In this document: positions 61,117-64,000 of the stretch, piece after piece
Layout of the letters: each line of letters starts with the position of its first letter
Position numbering within the stretch: the stretch's first letter is position 1
Origin: an uncultured Acidobacteriota bacterium
GTDB taxonomy: Bacteria > Acidobacteriota > Thermoanaerobaculia > Gp7-AA8
Assembly: GCA_963822445.1 (NCBI GenBank)
Contig: CAWGHO010000002.1
Span: 2,469,242 to 2,533,241 of the forward strand
Length of the DNA stretch: 64,000 nucleotides
Reading direction: 5' to 3'
Notes under the pieces: generated by a model
The model's database searches: none
Told to the model about the DNA's origin: nothing
The model's input: the letters and a program-made list of their open reading frames with translations, nothing else
Program-made: the position numbers and the translations under genes

Positions 61117-61982
61117 CGCGCGTCATCCGGTTCGAGGCCACGGACGGCGTGAGCCTCGCCGGGCTTTTGTACGAACCGAAACGGCCGACGACGCGGGCCG
61201 CGATCTGGCTTCACGGCACGGGCGGCGCGTCCGTCTTCGAATCCGGCCGCACCAATCTGCTCGCAAGCGAGTTCACGGACGCGGGGATCGCCTGGTTTCC
61301 CTTCAACAATCGCGGGGCCACGCTCATGCGTCGTCTCAACGGAAAGCCGCGCGGGGGCATGGCTTACGAGCGCATCCGCGAATGCGTCTTCGACATCGAC
61401 GGTGCGCTTCGCGAACTGTGGCGCCGCGGCTATCGCGAAGTCACGCTCATCGGCCACTCAACCGGCGCGAACAAGATCGCTGTCTACGATCACTACAAGC
61501 CGCGCAATCGCGTGAAGAGTTACGTGCTCGTCGCCGGCGGCGACGACACCGGCATGATTTACGACGCCCTCGGCCCCCGCCGCTTCGCCAGCGCGCTGCA
61601 GAAGGCGAGGGCGATGCGCACGAGCACAGAGCTCGTGCCGCCGTCGATCTCCAGCGCGGTCATGAGCTGGCGGGCCTGGTACGACACGGCCAATCCCGAC
61701 GGCGACTACAACGTCTTCCCGTTTCTGGAGGTCCTGCGCAACGTGAAGCTCTCGCGCCGCGCCAAGTTTCGTTACCTCCGCGCGATCCGCAAGCCCACGT
61801 TCATCCTGTACGGCGATCAGGATCAGTACTGCTTCGGCGACGTGCCTCGTTGCGTTTCGATCCTTGCCGACGCGATCGGCCCAAAGCCCAACATCGAGCT
61901 CGGGATCATCGCCGACGCCGATCACGGATTCAGCGGCAGGGAACGCGAGCTCGCGCAGGTGATCCTCGGATGGCTCGGGTGA
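61113..61982 (+). CDS. alpha/beta hydrolase (DUF1749-like)
   Basis: LHG.GG, FNNRG, GHSTGANK nucleophile, GDQD, ADHGF. Start uncertain (CTG 61113 or GTG 61071). Confidence 0.85.
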   Translation: MTRVIRFEATDGVSLAGLLYEPKRPTTRAAIWLHGTGGASVFESGRTNLLASEFTDAGIAWFPFNNRGATLMRRLNGKPRGGMAYERIRECVFDIDGALRELWRRGYREVTLIGHSTGANKIAVYDHYKPRNRVKSYVLVAGGDDTGMIYDALGPRRFASALQKARAMRTSTELVPPSISSAVMSWRAWYDTANPDGDYNVFPFLEVLRNVKLSRRAKFRYLRAIRKPTFILYGDQDQYCFGDVPRCVSILADAIGPKPNIELGIIADADHGFSGRERELAQVILGWLG

Positions 61983-62014
61983 TGCACGCCGCTTTTCGGT
62001 CGAAGGAGGACCCC

Positions 62015-62764
62015 ATGAAGCGTGCCCTGCTGCTCTCCCTCGCTCTGCTCCTCGCCCTTCCCGCCGCCGCCGCTGAATACGAAAAACTGCTCCTCACCGT
62101 CGCCCCGGGTGTCGTCTACTGCGGCTATCACTCGAAGTACGACACGCGGCTGATCGCATTCAACGGCGCGCCCAATCCGATCGAGAGCTTCTGCTCCGAC
62201 GAGATGTGCGGCGGTCTGCCGGCGAGCACCGGTACGGTCGTCATCGGCAATCACATCCCGATCCCCAAGCCCTCCTTCATTTACGTTCCGAAGAACGCCG
62301 CTGACGACATCCAGATGTCGCTCATCGTCGAGAGCAGCGACACGCTCGCGCCGGAAGAGCGCTCGTACACCGAGTTGCCGATCGTCCGCGAGCGTGAGTT
62401 CCGTGAAGGAAAGATCCAGATCGTCGGCGTGCGCATGGACGACGGATTCCGCAAAACCCTGCGCATCTACGGCCTGAACGGCGCCGAGCCGTCCCTCGTG
62501 CGCGTTCGCGTCTACGCCCTCCGTTCGACCACCCCCGCGTACGAGCACGACTACTGGCTGCTGCCGCAGGACGGCCTGAACTCAGCCGGCCTCGACGCCG
62601 CTCCGAGCTTCAACATGGAGTGCGATCTCTCCGCGTACGTCGACAACTACGGCGCGCCGGTGCGCGTCGAGCTCGAGTCGCTGACGCCGGGAGCGAAGAT
62701 CTGGGGCTTCGTGTCGATCACGAACAACGTGACCCAGCACTTCTACACGGTCGTGCCGCGGTAA
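62015..62764 (+). CDS. secreted hypothetical protein
   Basis: AAGGAGG SD; signal peptide; LPIVRE.EF, FR.TLRIY, WGFVSITNN.TQ. Confidence 0.8.
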   Translation: MKRALLLSLALLLALPAAAAEYEKLLLTVAPGVVYCGYHSKYDTRLIAFNGAPNPIESFCSDEMCGGLPASTGTVVIGNHIPIPKPSFIYVPKNAADDIQMSLIVESSDTLAPEERSYTELPIVREREFREGKIQIVGVRMDDGFRKTLRIYGLNGAEPSLVRVRVYALRSTTPAYEHDYWLLPQDGLNSAGLDAAPSFNMECDLSAYVDNYGAPVRVELESLTPGAKIWGFVSITNNVTQHFYTVVPR

Positions 62765-62766
62765 CC

Positions 62767-62816
62767 GTACGGCGGGCGTCTCGCCCGCCTCCGTGCGGGC
62801 GGGACGCCCGCCGTAC
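62767..62816. repeat. REP-like inverted doublet between convergent genes
   Basis: GTACGGCGGGCGTCTCGCCCGC-6 nt-GCGGGCGGGACGCCCGCCGTAC. Confidence 0.85.
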
Positions 62817-62818
62817 CC

Positions 62819-63559
62819 CTACAGCACGGAAGCCAGCACCTCGAACGACTTCAACTCGTGCCCGAGGAAGTTGCGTCGAATGGTGCCGGCGAGCGAGCGC
62901 GCTTCGAAGAGGATCTCGCTGCGGATCGGCCGGGACGCGAGCTCCGCGACCGGCATCCGCAGCACCGCTTCGATCACGTCGATGACGTCGTTTCCGATCA
63001 GTTCGCGATTCCGGTCAGCGCATGAAGTACAAACGAACGCGACCTGCTTCGCATCGAAATGCAGCGGCCGCGCTAACAGCTCCCCGCATTCCGGACAATG
63101 CCTCAGCGACGGGAAGATGCCCGCGAGCTTGAGCGTCCAGATTTCCGCATACGCAACCACAGCGATCGGCGCCGCGCCTTCCAGCAGCGCCTCGGTCGTG
63201 CGATCGAGCAGGCGATACATCAGCTCCGCGGGATCGTTCGGCTGCGCGTAGATGTCGACCAGCTCGGCGATGTACGTCGCCGCGACGCTGCTCAGCAGAT
63301 TCTGTTGCGCGGGAAACAGCGAGCGGATCAGATCCACCGACTCGATCCGCACCACTTCTTCCGCCTCCCGCTCCGCGTACCCGATCCGTACTTTGGCCAG
63401 CGGTTCCAGCGCGGCGCCGAAGCGGCTTTTGATGGCCCGCGCGCCGTATGCCCAGCCCTTCCGCTTGCCGTGATCGGGCGTCAGAAACACGACCATCTTG
63501 TCCCGTTCCCGAGCGGGAAAGGTGTGCAGGATGATGGCCTCGGTGCGCTCGATCTTCAT
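62819..63559 (-). CDS. recO: DNA repair protein RecO
   Basis: TEAIIL......E.DK.V..LT...GK....A.GAR..KSRFGAALEP; CPECG...CTSC; ELKS. Confidence 0.95.
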   Translation of the reverse strand: MKIERTEAIILHTFPARERDKMVVFLTPDHGKRKGWAYGARAIKSRFGAALEPLAKVRIGYAEREAEEVVRIESVDLIRSLFPAQQNLLSSVAATYIAELVDIYAQPNDPAELMYRLLDRTTEALLEGAAPIAVVAYAEIWTLKLAGIFPSLRHCPECGELLARPLHFDAKQVAFVCTSCADRNRELIGNDVIDVIEAVLRMPVAELASRPIRSEILFEARSLAGTIRRNFLGHELKSFEVLASVL

Positions 63560-63588
63560 TCGGCACTGCGAGGGTACACTGCCGTTGC

Positions 63589-64000
63589 ATGCTCACTCAT
63601 CCCGCCGAGGCGCGCCGCCGGTTCCGCGAGTACGCGGCGGGGGAGATTACGAACGCGAACCTCGCGTACGGCGCGCTGCTGATCGCGCTCGAAGACAACC
63701 CCGGTCTCGACGTCGATCACTACATGCAGCAACTGGATGATCTGGCCGAGCGTGCCGAGCGCCGTTGCGGACGCGGCGAGCCGCCTGTGTTCCGCCTCGG
63801 CCATCTGCACGCGGAGATGTTCGACGTCGACCGTTACGTCGGTGACGCGAACAGCTACTACGACCCGCGCAACGCGTACCTGAACGAAGTGATCGATCGA
63901 AAGGCCGGCCTGCCGATCTCGCTGTCGATCATCTTCCTGCACGTCGCATCGCGACTGGGCCTGAGCGCGGCCGGCGTCGGTTTGCCGGGGCATTACGTGG
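63589..64000 (+). CDS. SirB1/transglutaminase-like protein (partial, runs off window end)
   Basis: Manual translation: GALLIA.E..P.LD...Y...LD.LA ... YYDPRNAYLNEVIDRKAGLPISLSII...VGLPGH. Confidence 0.9.
   Translation, partial: MLTHPAEARRRFREYAAGEITNANLAYGALLIALEDNPGLDVDHYMQQLDDLAERAERRCGRGEPPVFRLGHLHAEMFDVDRYVGDANSYYDPRNAYLNEVIDRKAGLPISLSIIFLHVASRLGLSAAGVGLPGHYV

Overview
High-GC, very gene-dense bacterial chromosome segment. It is most likely Acidobacteriota, possibly class Thermoanaerobaculia; this is inferred from an Acidobacterial-type VWA protein and the style of the secreted hypotheticals, and is not verified. Most of it is housekeeping: pdxJ, ABC-F, cinA, rseP-dxr-cdsA-uppS-truA, dapF, recQ, rnd, trxB, tsaB-rimI, selA, plsC, 2-oxoacid:ferredoxin oxidoreductase, TPR-lolB-like-ispE, tldD/pmbA and recO. 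It also holds a vapBC module, a glycosyltransferase/GT-C cluster and several secreted unknowns. I recognised no rRNA, tRNA, CRISPR array, transposase or prophage. Five single-base insertions break three conserved genes and are probably sequencing errors. The most striking signals are non-coding or short motifs: (1) at least 8 fold-back elements built from 7- or 8-nt tandem units, three carrying a conserved-flank hairpin whose stem sequence covaries; (2) a REP-like palindrome doublet translated in frame inside a membrane protein gene; (3) many -10 hexamers only 6-11 nt upstream of start codons, some overlapping bidirectionally; (4) an R-x-R-A-V-x-x-P-A-P motif right after the signal peptide of two unrelated secreted proteins.
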